A stretch of 61,955 bases of DNA, taken from contig CANQQS010000001.1 of NCBI GenBank assembly GCA_947626045.1, forward strand, positions 1 through 61,955, in the 5' to 3' direction. This document shows positions 9,311 through 18,780 of the stretch, piece by piece. The position numbers and the translations under genes are program-made. Source of the stretch: an uncultured Clostridia bacterium. Its GTDB lineage: Bacteria; Bacillota; Clostridia; UBA1381. The notes under the pieces were generated by a model. The model was not told the origin of the DNA and did no database searches. It saw only the letters and a program-made list of their open reading frames with translations. Numbering within the stretch: position 1 is the stretch's first letter; every line of letters starts with the position of its first letter.

Positions 9311-10405
9311 TTAATTTTCCTCGTTGTCCGTTACGGTCGTGTTATCGGTCTGTTCATCTTCGGCGCCGTTTTTGCGGCTCATAAGGATTTCGCGTACCTT
9401 TTTGTCTATCTCGTCAGTAAACTCCTTGTTTTCCTGCATGTATTTTCTCACGTTGTCCCTGCCCTGTCCTATCTTCTCGCCGTTGTAGCTGAACCACGCG
9501 CCCGACTTCTTTATAATGTCGTTTTCTACCGCAAAATCGAGTATATTTCCCTCTCTCGAGATGCCCTCGCCGTACATTATATCGAACTCCGCTACCTTAA
9601 ACGGCGGCGCGACCTTGTTCTTTACGACCTTTACGCGCGTCTTGTTGCCGACTATCTCCGTGCCGTTCTTTATAACCTCCGACTTTCTCACGTCAAGTCT
9701 TACGGACGAGAAGAACTTAAGCGCGCGGCCGCCGGGCGTTGTTTCGGGGTTGCCGTACATTACGCCGACCTTTTCGCGAAGCTGGTTGATAAATATTACG
9801 ACCGTTCCCGAACGGTTTATTATCGCCGTCAGCTTTCTGAGAGCCTGCGACATAAGTCTTGCGAGTACGCCCACGTGCGTGTCGCCCATTTCGCCCTCGA
9901 TTTCCGCTCTCGGCACGAGCGCGGCGACAGAGTCTATAACTATTACGTCGAGCGCGCCGCTCCTTACAAGCGCTTCGGCAATGTCGAGCGCCTGTTCGCC
10001 GTTGTCGGGCTGCGCCACTATTAAGTTGTCTATATCCACGCCGAGATTTTTCGCGTACACGGGATCGAGCGCGTGTTCAGCGTCAATAAACGCCGCTTCG
10101 CCGCCCATTTTCTGCGCCTCCGCGACAACGTGGAGCGCGACGGTCGTTTTACCCGACGACTCCGGTCCGTAAATCTCGATTATACGTCCTCTCGGCAGTC
10201 CGCCCACGCCCAGAGCCATATCGAGCGCGAGAGAACCCGTCGAAATCGCGTCAACGTCCGATACCGTAACGTCGCCCAACTTCATTATACTGCCCGTTCC
10301 GTACTCCTTTTCTATAACGTGAAATACGGATTCGAGAGCCTTTTTCTTTTCATCGGTGTCGGTCATTTTGACAACCTGTGCTTTTTCATTTTTTTCCTTT
10401 GCCAT
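9311..10405 (-). CDS. recA: Recombinase RecA
   Basis: GPESSGKTT Walker [33 protein letters not shown]. Confidence 0.99.
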   Translation of the reverse strand: MAKEKNEKAQVVKMTDTDEKKKALESVFHVIEKEYGTGSIMKLGDVTVSDVDAISTGSLALDMALGVGGLPRGRIIEIYGPESSGKTTVALHVVAEAQKMGGEAAFIDAEHALDPVYAKNLGVDIDNLIVAQPDNGEQALDIAEALVRSGALDVIVIDSVAALVPRAEIEGEMGDTHVGVLARLMSQALRKLTAIINRSGTVVIFINQLREKVGVMYGNPETTPGGRALKFFSSVRLDVRKSEVIKNGTEIVGNKTRVKVVKNKVAPPFKVAEFDIMYGEGISREGNILDFAVENDIIKKSGAWFSYNGEKIGQGRDNVRKYMQENKEFTDEIDKKVREILMSRKNGAEDEQTDNTTVTDNEEN

Positions 10406-10511
10406 TTGCTTAATCTCCTTAATTTATTTTATGGTTAAATTATAAATGAAACCGCGTTGTTTTGCAAGACTTTTTTATCGGCTCTCGGCTTCAGTGTCCG
10501 TTTTATCGGAC

Positions 10512-10991
10512 TTATATATGCTCCTTGATATATCGGAACACCTCGCGGCACGTCTTTTCGCGCACGTCCTCGCGGTCGCCGTCGTGGTGCATCTCTATAA
10601 CCTCTGTTTTGCCGTTTACGCAAATGCCCGCGTACACAAGTCCGACGGGCTTTTCTTTTGTGCCGCCCGTAGGTCCGGCTATGCCTGTAATACCGACGCA
10701 CACATCCGCGCCTGTGCGTTTTTTAAGACCTTCTGCCATTTCGTACGCGGTTTCACGGCTCACCGCGCCGACCGCGTCGAGCGTCGACTGCTTTACACCG
10801 AGGATTTTCACCTTCGCCTCGTTCGCGTAGGTGACATACGACTCGTTAAGCACGTCAGCCGCGCCGGGGACGTCCGTTATAAGCGCGGCAAACATACCGC
10901 CGGTGCAACTTTCAGCCGCGCTGATGTGCAGTCCCTTGTCGTCCAGAAGGTGTACGACCTCGGTGTTAAGACCTTTCATGTCTGCTTTCAT
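10512..10991 (-). CDS. CinA C-terminal domain protein (NMN deamidase, PncC-like)
   Basis: AESCTGG, GAVSRETAYEMA, GITGIAGPTGG, KPVGLVY; cinA-recA synteny. Confidence 0.9.
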   Translation of the reverse strand: MKADMKGLNTEVVHLLDDKGLHISAAESCTGGMFAALITDVPGAADVLNESYVTYANEAKVKILGVKQSTLDAVGAVSRETAYEMAEGLKKRTGADVCVGITGIAGPTGGTKEKPVGLVYAGICVNGKTEVIEMHHDGDREDVREKTCREVFRYIKEHI

Positions 10992-11002
10992 AATAACTCT
11001 CC

Positions 11003-12181
11003 TTATTCGGGAAATACCTCGATTTTCTCTATGCCCTCCATTGCACGCTCAATAAGCGTTTCAATGTCGAGGTGCTTTTCCGATTTTTCGATATTTATAC
11101 GCCTCGGGTTCGTCGTGGGGTGCTTCGGTGTGAATACAGTACAGCAGTCCTCGTACGGCAGTATGGACGTTTCATAAGCGCCTATCGCGACGGAACGGTC
11201 TGTTATTTCAAGCTTGTCCATACCGATAAGCGGCTGAAGTATCGGCATATCAACCACCGCATTCGTCACGTCGAGCGCAGCGAGCGTCTGCGACGCGACC
11301 TGTCCCACGCTTTCGCCCGTTATGAGCGCTTTGGAGTTATTTTGTCTCGCGATACGCTCCGCTATACGCATCATGAACCGCCGCATTACGAGCGTCATAT
11401 GCTCCTCGGGGCATTTGTCGCGTATTTGAAGCTGTATCTCGGTAAACGGCACGATATACAGATTGATTTTCGACGTGTACCGCGCCAGTATCGACGCGAG
11501 CGTTATTACCTTTTCCTTCGCTCGGTCGCTCGTGTACGGGTAGGAGAAGAAGTTTATCGCGTCTATCTCCACGCCGCGCTTCGCTATCATATGTCCCGCT
11601 ACGGGGCTGTCTATGCCGCCCGACAGAAGCAGCGTCGCCTTTGAACCCGTGCCTATCGGCATACCGCCCTGTCCCTGTATTCTGTTTTCGTCGGCGTACA
11701 CGTAAGCGTCAAAATCGCGTACCTCGACCTTTACCGTCACGTCGGGGTTATGCACGTCAACGATTATGTCGGGGAACTCGTCGTCAAGGTAGCCGCCGAC
11801 TTCAAGACAAATCTGCGGCGACTTGTACGGGAACGCCTTGTCGGAGCGTTTCGCCTCGACCTTAAAGCGTTTGCCCGCTGTGAGGTCGTTTTTGAGGTAC
11901 TCCTTCGCGACAGCCTTTATATTCTCAATGTCCTTTTTGCACACTGCCGCCTTCGTTATCGCGACAAGTCCGAAAACCATCGAAAGCCGCTTCGCGACGA
12001 GGTCGATTTTGCTCTCGTCCTCAACCTCAACGTACACGGTCGCCTGCGCGAGGCGTATTCTCGTTTCCGCGACGTTGCGGAGCGCGTTTTTGATGTTCGA
12101 CATAAGTATGTTCTCGAACCGCGCGCGGTTGCCGCCCTTTAATATTATTTCGCCGTATTTGGCAAGCACAATTTCTTTCAT
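11003..12181 (-). CDS. thiI: tRNA 4-thiouridine synthase
   Basis: KYGEIILKG, THUMP domain, LLSGGIDSPVA PP-loop, GQVASQT, EDCC. Confidence 0.95.
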   Translation of the reverse strand: MKEIVLAKYGEIILKGGNRARFENILMSNIKNALRNVAETRIRLAQATVYVEVEDESKIDLVAKRLSMVFGLVAITKAAVCKKDIENIKAVAKEYLKNDLTAGKRFKVEAKRSDKAFPYKSPQICLEVGGYLDDEFPDIIVDVHNPDVTVKVEVRDFDAYVYADENRIQGQGGMPIGTGSKATLLLSGGIDSPVAGHMIAKRGVEIDAINFFSYPYTSDRAKEKVITLASILARYTSKINLYIVPFTEIQLQIRDKCPEEHMTLVMRRFMMRIAERIARQNNSKALITGESVGQVASQTLAALDVTNAVVDMPILQPLIGMDKLEITDRSVAIGAYETSILPYEDCCTVFTPKHPTTNPRRINIEKSEKHLDIETLIERAMEGIEKIEVFPE

Positions 12182-13303
12182 TTACATATATCTCCTTATA
12201 TTGCGCGCTTCCTCAATTAAAATTCGCGCCGCTTCGTCAATTTCGTCCTCGGTCGTTGTCGGATCGAGGCTGATACGCACCGCTCCGCCGATTTCCTTCG
12301 CGCTAAGTCCCATAGCCGTCAGAACATGGCTCGGCTGCGGCTTATGCGACGAACACGCCGAACCGGTCGAAACGTACACTCCCCGCGCCTCGGCGGCATG
12401 AAGCAGTATTTCGGCTTTTATTCCGACGAACGACACGTTCAGTATGCTGCCGCTGTTATATTCGTCCGAGCCGTTGAATTTTATGTTTTTGTCCTCCGAC
12501 AGCCTGTCCGCGAGCCGTTTCCTGAGTGACAAAAGGTATGAATTGTCGCCGCTCGTTTCCTCCGCCGCTGCCGCGAACGCGAGTATGCCGCCGACGTTTT
12601 CAGTGCCGGGGCGCATTTCGCGCTGCTGCTCGCCGCCGTAAAGGAGCGGCTTTATAAGGCGGAAGTCGCGGACGTAAAGTGCGCCCGTGCCTTTGAAGCC
12701 GTGTATTTTGTGGGCGCTTATCGTGATCAAATCCGCGCCGATATTTCTCACGTCAAGCTTGCCGAACGACTGCACACAGTCGCAGTGGAACACAGCGTTC
12801 TGCGCATTTTCGGCAATCAGCTTTTTTATTTCGTTCACGGGTTGGATCACGCCCGTTTCGTTGTTTACGTGCATAATGCTTACAAGCGTTGTGTCGTCCG
12901 TGAGCGACGATTTAAGCTCATTTAAGTTTACGCGTCCGTCACTGTCCGTGCCGATGTATATGACGTTATAGCCGTCTTTTTCAAGCTGCTTAAACGCCTC
13001 CAGTACCGACGGGTGCTCGATTTTCGACGTTATGACGCGTTTGCCGATTTTTCTCTTCGCGCGAGCCGCGCCGAATACGGCGGTGTTGTTCGCCTCCGTG
13101 CCGCCGGACGTAAAGAGCAGACCTTTCGCGTCCGCGCCGAGCTTTGACGCTATTGTTTTACGCGCGCCCTCGACGAGCTTTTCCGCTTCAAGTCCCAGTC
13201 CGTGCAGCGACGACGGATTGCCGAACGCTTCGGCTGCCTGTATTATCGCTTGCACGGCGGCATCGGACGGCTTCGTCGTCGCCGCGTTGTCAAGATATAT
13301 CAT
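12182..13303 (-). CDS. Cysteine desulfurase (IscS/NifZ-type, partner of ThiI)
   Basis: Start re-set to MIYLDNAATT at 13303 with RBS GAAGGGAG; GNPSSLH, SAHKIHG (PLP Lys), GSACSS. The ORF-track extension reads through the repeat mosaic. Confidence 0.93.
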   Translation of the reverse strand: MIYLDNAATTKPSDAAVQAIIQAAEAFGNPSSLHGLGLEAEKLVEGARKTIASKLGADAKGLLFTSGGTEANNTAVFGAARAKRKIGKRVITSKIEHPSVLEAFKQLEKDGYNVIYIGTDSDGRVNLNELKSSLTDDTTLVSIMHVNNETGVIQPVNEIKKLIAENAQNAVFHCDCVQSFGKLDVRNIGADLITISAHKIHGFKGTGALYVRDFRLIKPLLYGGEQQREMRPGTENVGGILAFAAAAEETSGDNSYLLSLRKRLADRLSEDKNIKFNGSDEYNSGSILNVSFVGIKAEILLHAAEARGVYVSTGSACSSHKPQPSHVLTAMGLSAKEIGGAVRISLDPTTTEDEIDEAARILIEEARNIRRYM

Positions 13304-13351
13304 GTGGAATGTTCTCCCTTCAAATACGAGTGGCGGGGTGTCCTTACGTAT

Positions 13352-13750
13352 GACCCCCTCTATGAGGGGGTCGAAATCTTTGATTTCGGGGGGTGTGGAT
13401 TTTGCGTAATAACACCCCCCAAAAGCCGTAGCCGGCTTTTGACCCCCTCTTAGAGGGGGTCTTGCGGGTTGTCGAGGGCGCCAACCCCTACGGCGCACAA
13501 TTTCAAAATTACGGGTGTAGGGGACGGCGCCCCCGACGTCCCGTTTCCGTAGGGGCGAACCGTGTTCGCCCGCATAAACCCCTCAGTCACACTGCGTGTG
13601 ACAGCTCCTTTGCTACGGCATACGAGCAAAGCTCTATGCCTACGACGCCAAAGCGTCGTTCACCTAGTAGGGGAGCCATACGGCGAGAGTCGCATATCGC
13701 AAGCCTCCCCTATTAGGGGAGGTGTCGGCGGAGCCGACGGAGGGGTTTAT
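13352..13750. repeat. Large REP/BIME-like mosaic (three palindrome families plus nested 54-nt insertion 13612-13665)
   Basis: GACCCCCTC..GAGGGGGTC doublet 13352-13461; GTAG-headed doublet 13465-13543; GTAGGGGCGAACCGTGTTCGCCCG 13549-13572; CTCCCCT..AGGGGAG doublet 13576-13750. Confidence 0.9.
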
Positions 13751-13783
13751 ACCTCTAAATCACAATTCACCGATACAATGTTC

Positions 13784-14392
13784 CTACACTCTCCGCACCT
13801 TTATGACAAGCGCCATTCCTTTTTCAGCGGTTATCGCGCACCTATCCGCCGTCATGACGTTGCTCACGCCGCGGCTTTTGCCGAAATACAGCGTCTCTCC
13901 GCGCAGCGGATACTCCAGTCCCTCTGTGACAACACCCTCCAAATCGCCGTTTATCGGCACTATCGAAACGGTATCGCCCTTTCTGCCTTCAATTTCGACC
14001 CTTGTTTTCAGCATATAAATCTCGTTGTTATCGTCAATCAGCACGCCGTTTCCGCACCTTGCGAGCAGAAGTATATCCGTAATCGTGTGGTCTGCTCTGT
14101 CGCCCGTCATGGCGAGAAGCAACACGCTGTCACAGCCGCACTCCAGGGCGTATTCAACGGCAAGCTCGCCGTCGGTGTAATCCTTGCGCGTCGGGTAGCG
14201 TATCACATTTTCCGCGTTCTCGTACCCCACAGCGCTGTCAAAATCGCCTATTATAACGTCCGGCTTTACGCCGAGCTTGACGGCGTGGTTATAGCCGCCG
14301 TCGGCGCAGATTATGAAATCGTCCGCGCGGATTTTGCTTTTGATATATCCGTAGTCGTTTATGCTGCCGTTACCTATCACAACCGCTCTCAT
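13784..14392 (-). CDS. thiN: Thiamine pyrophosphokinase
   Basis: ICADGG, IGDFDS, KDYTD, GDRADH, RGVSN; follows rpe. Confidence 0.93.
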   Translation of the reverse strand: MRAVVIGNGSINDYGYIKSKIRADDFIICADGGYNHAVKLGVKPDVIIGDFDSAVGYENAENVIRYPTRKDYTDGELAVEYALECGCDSVLLLAMTGDRADHTITDILLLARCGNGVLIDDNNEIYMLKTRVEIEGRKGDTVSIVPINGDLEGVVTEGLEYPLRGETLYFGKSRGVSNVMTADRCAITAEKGMALVIKVRRV

Positions 14393-15018
14393 CGCATAAG
14401 CCTCTTTATATTGCTCTCTATATCGCCGTTAAACACCGCACTGCCCGCCACAATCACGTTCGCGCCAGCGGCAAGTACGGAGTCGATATTGTTTTCCCTT
14501 ACGCCGCCGTCAACCTCAATCTTGAAATACTCGCCTTTGATTTCGCGCAGATATTTTATTTTTTCGTTTACGGCGGTTATGTATTCCTGACCGCCGTAAC
14601 CCGGTTCAACGCTCATTACAAGCACCATGTCAATCTTTTCGAGGTACGGTATTATTTTTTCGACGGGTGTGGCGGGGTTTATGGAAATTCCCGCGAGCTT
14701 GCCGCGCGAACGTATCATTTCTATGCAGCGGTCGGGGAAGTCGGTCGCCTCTATATGGAACGTCACGCCGTCCGCGCCGCAGTCTATGAAATCGTTTATA
14801 TACCGTTCCGGCTCGGTTATCATCAAATGCACGTCAAAAAACATATCGGTGTACTTGCGTATTGATTTTATTACGGGCATGGCAAACGAGATGTTCGGCA
14901 CAAAGTGTCCGTCCATTACGTCTATATGTAGCCACTCGGCGCCCGCGTTTTCACATTTTTTGATTTGCTCGGCAAGTATTCCGAAGTCAGCCGACAGTAT
15001 CGATGGCACAAGTATCAT
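14389..15018 (-). CDS. rpe: Ribulose-phosphate 3-epimerase
   Basis: PSILSADF, HIDVMDGHFVPN, DVHLM, MSVEPGYGGQ, EVDGG. Confidence 0.97.
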   Translation of the reverse strand: MILVPSILSADFGILAEQIKKCENAGAEWLHIDVMDGHFVPNISFAMPVIKSIRKYTDMFFDVHLMITEPERYINDFIDCGADGVTFHIEATDFPDRCIEMIRSRGKLAGISINPATPVEKIIPYLEKIDMVLVMSVEPGYGGQEYITAVNEKIKYLREIKGEYFKIEVDGGVRENNIDSVLAAGANVIVAGSAVFNGDIESNIKRLMR

Positions 15019-15884
15019 TTTATTAACCATTCCTTTGTTTGTTTTAATTTTTCGTAAAGTTCACAATAGCTTTCGTACCGCGAAGGCGCTATTTTACCCT
15101 CCGCAAGCTTGTCCTTTACGGCGCAGTCCGGCTCGTTTATGTGAGCGCAGCCGCGGAAGCGGCATTTGCCGTCACAGTCCGCCATTTCGGGGAAGTAACT
15201 CTGTAGTTCCTCGGCGCGGATACCCTCCACCTCGAGCTGCGAAAAGCCGGGCGTGTCCATCACGTACCCGCCGTCCGCAAGCTCGAAAAGCTCAACGTGG
15301 CGCGTCGTGTGTCTGCCGCGCCGTATCTTCTCCGATACCGCGCCCGTTTCCAAATCATCGTCCGTTATAAGGCTCAAAAGGCTCGACTTGCCCACGCCCG
15401 ACAGTCCGGCAAACGCGGTATTTTTACCTCGCAGAAAAGAGCGGAGCGCGTCAATTCCCTTGTTTTTCTCCGCGCTTACCTCTATAACCTCATATCCCGC
15501 CTTTATATACGCGTCCTTTATCTCATCGCTTTCGGCAAGGTCGGTTTTGTTTATGCACACCGCCGGCTTTATGCCGCTTATTTCGGCGTTTACAAGCATC
15601 TTATCCGCAACCGTGAGGTTCGGCGACGGGTCGGCGGCGGCTATCACGATAAGCATTGTGTCCACATTCGCCACCGGCGGACGCGCGAGATACGACGAGC
15701 GAGGCATTATTTCGGTAATGCTGCCCTTTTCGCCGTCGGTTTCTATCATTACCCTGTCGCCTATCGTCGGGGTTATCTTTTCCTTTCGGAACACGCCCCG
15801 TGCCTTACATTCGTATACATTGTGAGAGGCTTTTACATAGTAAAAGCCTCCTATACCTTTTATTATAATTCCGTTTACGCGCAT
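15015..15884 (-). CDS. rsgA: Ribosome small subunit-dependent GTPase A
   Basis: NKTD, GLSGVGKSS, GRHTT, DTPGF, CRFRGCAHINEPDC Zn site. Confidence 0.96.
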   Translation of the reverse strand: MRVNGIIIKGIGGFYYVKASHNVYECKARGVFRKEKITPTIGDRVMIETDGEKGSITEIMPRSSYLARPPVANVDTMLIVIAAADPSPNLTVADKMLVNAEISGIKPAVCINKTDLAESDEIKDAYIKAGYEVIEVSAEKNKGIDALRSFLRGKNTAFAGLSGVGKSSLLSLITDDDLETGAVSEKIRRGRHTTRHVELFELADGGYVMDTPGFSQLEVEGIRAEELQSYFPEMADCDGKCRFRGCAHINEPDCAVKDKLAEGKIAPSRYESYCELYEKLKQTKEWLIK

Positions 15885-15886
15885 AA

Positions 15887-17983
15887 TCAATTAAAGTCTA
15901 TCGTCTTGTCCGCAACCTTCGCGCCGTCTATATAAGCCTGAACTTCGGCAGTGCCGCTGCCCGTTATATCAATGCTTACGCTGCCCTCGTCCTTCGAGTG
16001 CGTCTCGCTGTGCACCGTTCTGCCGTTCACGAGAATTTCCACATTAACGGTGTCGTTAGCCGTGTCGGGGATTTTGACGGTAAATGTTGTTGTGGAACTG
16101 CCGCCGTCGTCATCGCCGCCGTTATCCGTCGGTTCTTCTTCGGCAGGTTCTTCTTCCTGCGGCTCTTCTTCGGCAGGATCTTCCTCCTGAGGCGCGGGCG
16201 CGCCGCTCGAAACGACAATATTTACATACGTACCCTGCGTCGTCTTTGTACGCGCTTCGGGACTCTGCTGTATTACAACACCCTCCGGCGAGGAGGATTC
16301 CTTCCACTGAACGGAACCGACAAGAAGTCCTGCCGCCTGTATACGGCTTTCCGCTTCACCCGCCGACGAATTGACAACGTTCGGAACTGATATGGTATTT
16401 TCCGCCGGCGCAGCAGACACGTCTGACTGCCGTCCTTTGCTCACGAAAAGCTTTATCGCGTCGGAATCCTTTTTGAGCTTCGTACCTGCAAGCGGTATCT
16501 GTCGGATTACGTTACCTACCGCTATTGTGTTGGAATTTTCCTCTATAACGTCGTATGTAAGTCCCGCTTCGAGAATTTCCTTTATGGCTTCGTCGATATT
16601 TTTATTCGTAACGTTCGGCGTGGGTATGTCACCGCCCGACGCGCCGATTGAAACAACAAGTTTGATCTGCGTGCCCTTCGGAACGGTAACTCCCGCCTTC
16701 GGGTCTTGTTCAATAACGCAATGCTCCGCAACGGTGTCGGAGAAGGATAATTCTCTCTCCGGCGCGATTGCAAGTCCCTTGCTCTCCGCAAGCTGCACCG
16801 CTTCCTGTTCGGTCATATTTGCGAAGTCGGGAACGGTTGCTTCTTTTCCGGTGTGTACCATCCACCATACGCCCACCGCGATAAGTCCGACCGCTATAAT
16901 CGTCGCAAACGCGAGTATTATCGCTATTCTGTCCTCTTTTTTCTGCTTTTTCGTGTTCTTTTGAACCTCGGTTTTGCGTTTTGTGCGTCCTCTGTTTTCC
17001 ATGTCGTGATCATCGTCGCCCGGAACGATAACGGGAATGTCGTCGTCACCGTCAACTATATAATCGTCCTCATCGCCCGCCGCCTTTTCGAACGCAACAC
17101 CTCCGCGCGATGACGCGCCGCCCTCACTCTCGCGGCTCGGCAAAGGCTCGTCCGCAAGAACGGCGTGAAGATCGTTCACAAAATCCGACACGCTCGCGTA
17201 TCTCGCGCTTTGATCCTTTGAAATCGCTTTCATGGTAACGTACGCAAGATCAGACGGCACCTCGAGATTTACCACCTTCACGTTCACCGGCTCTTTTTCA
17301 AGGTGCATGAGCGCGACCGACACCGGCGTGTCGCCGTCAAACGGAACCTTGCCCGTCAGCATTTCGTAAAGCACGATACCGAGCGAATATATGTCGCTTC
17401 TCGCGTCGGTAACGCCGCCGCGCGCCTGTTCGGGCGATATGTAATGAACGCTTCCGAGAACGTTGCCGTTTACGACGGTCGTGTCGCCGGCGACTGCTTT
17501 CGCGATGCCGAAGTCCGTTACCTTCAGGATTTTATCCTTCGTCATGAGGATATTCTGCGGCTTTATGTCGCGGTGTATTATATTTATCGAGTGCGCCTCG
17601 TTTAAGCCCTGTCCTATCTGTATCGCGAAGTCGCACGCCTCCTGCCAGGGAAGCGCGCCGCGAGTTTTTATGTATTCCTTCAAGGTTATACCGTCAACGT
17701 ACTCCATAACCATGTAGTTTATGCCATCCTCTTCGCCGACGTCGTATACCGATACTATATTGTTATGAACAAGACTCGCGGAGGACTGCGCCTCTTTTAC
17801 GAAGTTCGCGACTACCCTCTTTTCGTCCTCGAGCGAATCGCGCAGCACCTTTACCGCGACGTAGCGGTTAAGGAGCGTGTCCTTCGCCTTGTAAACGGTA
17901 GCCATTCCTCCCGTTCCTATTTTTTCGAGCATTTCATATCTGTTATTTCCCAGTGTTTTTCCTTCCAGGTTTTCGCTGTTCAT
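15887..17983 (-). CDS. prkC: PASTA-domain Ser/Thr protein kinase (PrkC/Stk1)
   Basis: IGTGGMATVY, HRDIKPQN, DFG, SPEQ; one TM helix; three PASTA repeats; acidic EEEP linker. Confidence 0.93.
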   Translation of the reverse strand: MNSENLEGKTLGNNRYEMLEKIGTGGMATVYKAKDTLLNRYVAVKVLRDSLEDEKRVVANFVKEAQSSASLVHNNIVSVYDVGEEDGINYMVMEYVDGITLKEYIKTRGALPWQEACDFAIQIGQGLNEAHSINIIHRDIKPQNILMTKDKILKVTDFGIAKAVAGDTTVVNGNVLGSVHYISPEQARGGVTDARSDIYSLGIVLYEMLTGKVPFDGDTPVSVALMHLEKEPVNVKVVNLEVPSDLAYVTMKAISKDQSARYASVSDFVNDLHAVLADEPLPSRESEGGASSRGGVAFEKAAGDEDDYIVDGDDDIPVIVPGDDDHDMENRGRTKRKTEVQKNTKKQKKEDRIAIILAFATIIAVGLIAVGVWWMVHTGKEATVPDFANMTEQEAVQLAESKGLAIAPERELSFSDTVAEHCVIEQDPKAGVTVPKGTQIKLVVSIGASGGDIPTPNVTNKNIDEAIKEILEAGLTYDVIEENSNTIAVGNVIRQIPLAGTKLKKDSDAIKLFVSKGRQSDVSAAPAENTISVPNVVNSSAGEAESRIQAAGLLVGSVQWKESSSPEGVVIQQSPEARTKTTQGTYVNIVVSSGAPAPQEEDPAEEEPQEEEPAEEEPTDNGGDDDGGSSTTTFTVKIPDTANDTVNVEILVNGRTVHSETHSKDEGSVSIDITGSGTAEVQAYIDGAKVADKTIDFN

Positions 17984-18714
17984 TACTCGTTCTCCTCCTT
18001 AAACGCCACTACTGTAATATTGTCTCCGCCGCCGCGCTCGTTCGCAAGCTCCATAAGCTTTTCGCACGCGTTTTGAAGCGGCTCGTATTTTTTTATGTGT
18101 GCCAGAATCTCGTCGTCGTCTATGTAATTCGTAAGTCCGTCGCTGCAAAGCAGTATTGTTTCACCGCCGTACGGCTTTATGGAAACGTCTACCTTTACAG
18201 TGTCCTCCGCTCCCATGGCGCGCGTTATGTAATTCTTCCTCGGGTGATGCTTCGCCATTTCCGGACTTATCTCGCCGCGCAACACAAGCTCCTGAACGTA
18301 TGAGTGATCTCTCGTTATCTGCTTTATCTCGTCACCGACCGCGTAAGCGCGGCTGTCACCGACATGAGCCGTTATTACTCTGCCGCCGTAAATCATGGCG
18401 AACGTCGTTGTCGTACCCATGCCCATTATCTTGTAATGGTCTTTGGCGTAATTGAATATTATGCTGTTCGCGGAAATAAACGCCTGTCTTACGATTTCGC
18501 CGGCTTCAACGTAGTCAAGCCCCGGCTTTAATTCGCTTGCAAGTCTGCTCTCGATTATGTCGACAACCATCATGCTTGCGACCTCGCCCGCCTGATGTCC
18601 GCCCATTCCGTCCGCGACTATCGCGTACGGGAAGGTGTCGTCTTCGTGTATTATGTAGTTGTCCTCGTTGATTTTCCTGCGCTTTCCTATATCGGTAATC
18701 GCACCAAACTGCAT
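17983..18714 (-). CDS. PP2C-type Ser/Thr phosphatase (PrpC/Stp1)
   Basis: NED, ADGMGGH, GMGTT, HVGDSRAY, CSDGL, GGDNIT. Confidence 0.93.
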   Translation of the reverse strand: MQFGAITDIGKRRKINEDNYIIHEDDTFPYAIVADGMGGHQAGEVASMMVVDIIESRLASELKPGLDYVEAGEIVRQAFISANSIIFNYAKDHYKIMGMGTTTTFAMIYGGRVITAHVGDSRAYAVGDEIKQITRDHSYVQELVLRGEISPEMAKHHPRKNYITRAMGAEDTVKVDVSIKPYGGETILLCSDGLTNYIDDDEILAHIKKYEPLQNACEKLMELANERGGGDNITVVAFKEENE

Positions 18715-18780
18715 ATCGGAAATCACTCCTTTCTTTTATATTTATTATATTATACAACACATTCGTGTAATTTACAATAA

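Noticed and set aside
10406-10511. LexA (GAAC-N4-GTTC) box upstream of recA
   Set aside because: No convincing match seen here or before uvrC.
13304-13498. N-terminal extensions in the ORF track (cysteine desulfurase; also fmt, yicC, hydG, rimM, blaI)
   Set aside because: Family-typical N-termini and RBSs lie downstream; the extensions run through repeats or neighbouring genes.
13352-13750. Possible CRISPR array, tRNA or riboswitch in the structured intergenic regions
   Set aside because: No regularly spaced direct repeats with unique spacers, no cas genes, no cloverleaf or recognisable aptamer core; the units recur as inverted palindromes.
13562-14590. 342-aa plus-strand ORF
   Set aside because: Starts inside the repeat mosaic and is antisense to thiN and rpe; no RBS or recognisable motifs.
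16128-16190. 15-bp period tandem repeat in the kinase gene
   Set aside because: Encodes a low-complexity EEEP linker; ordinary for this protein type.
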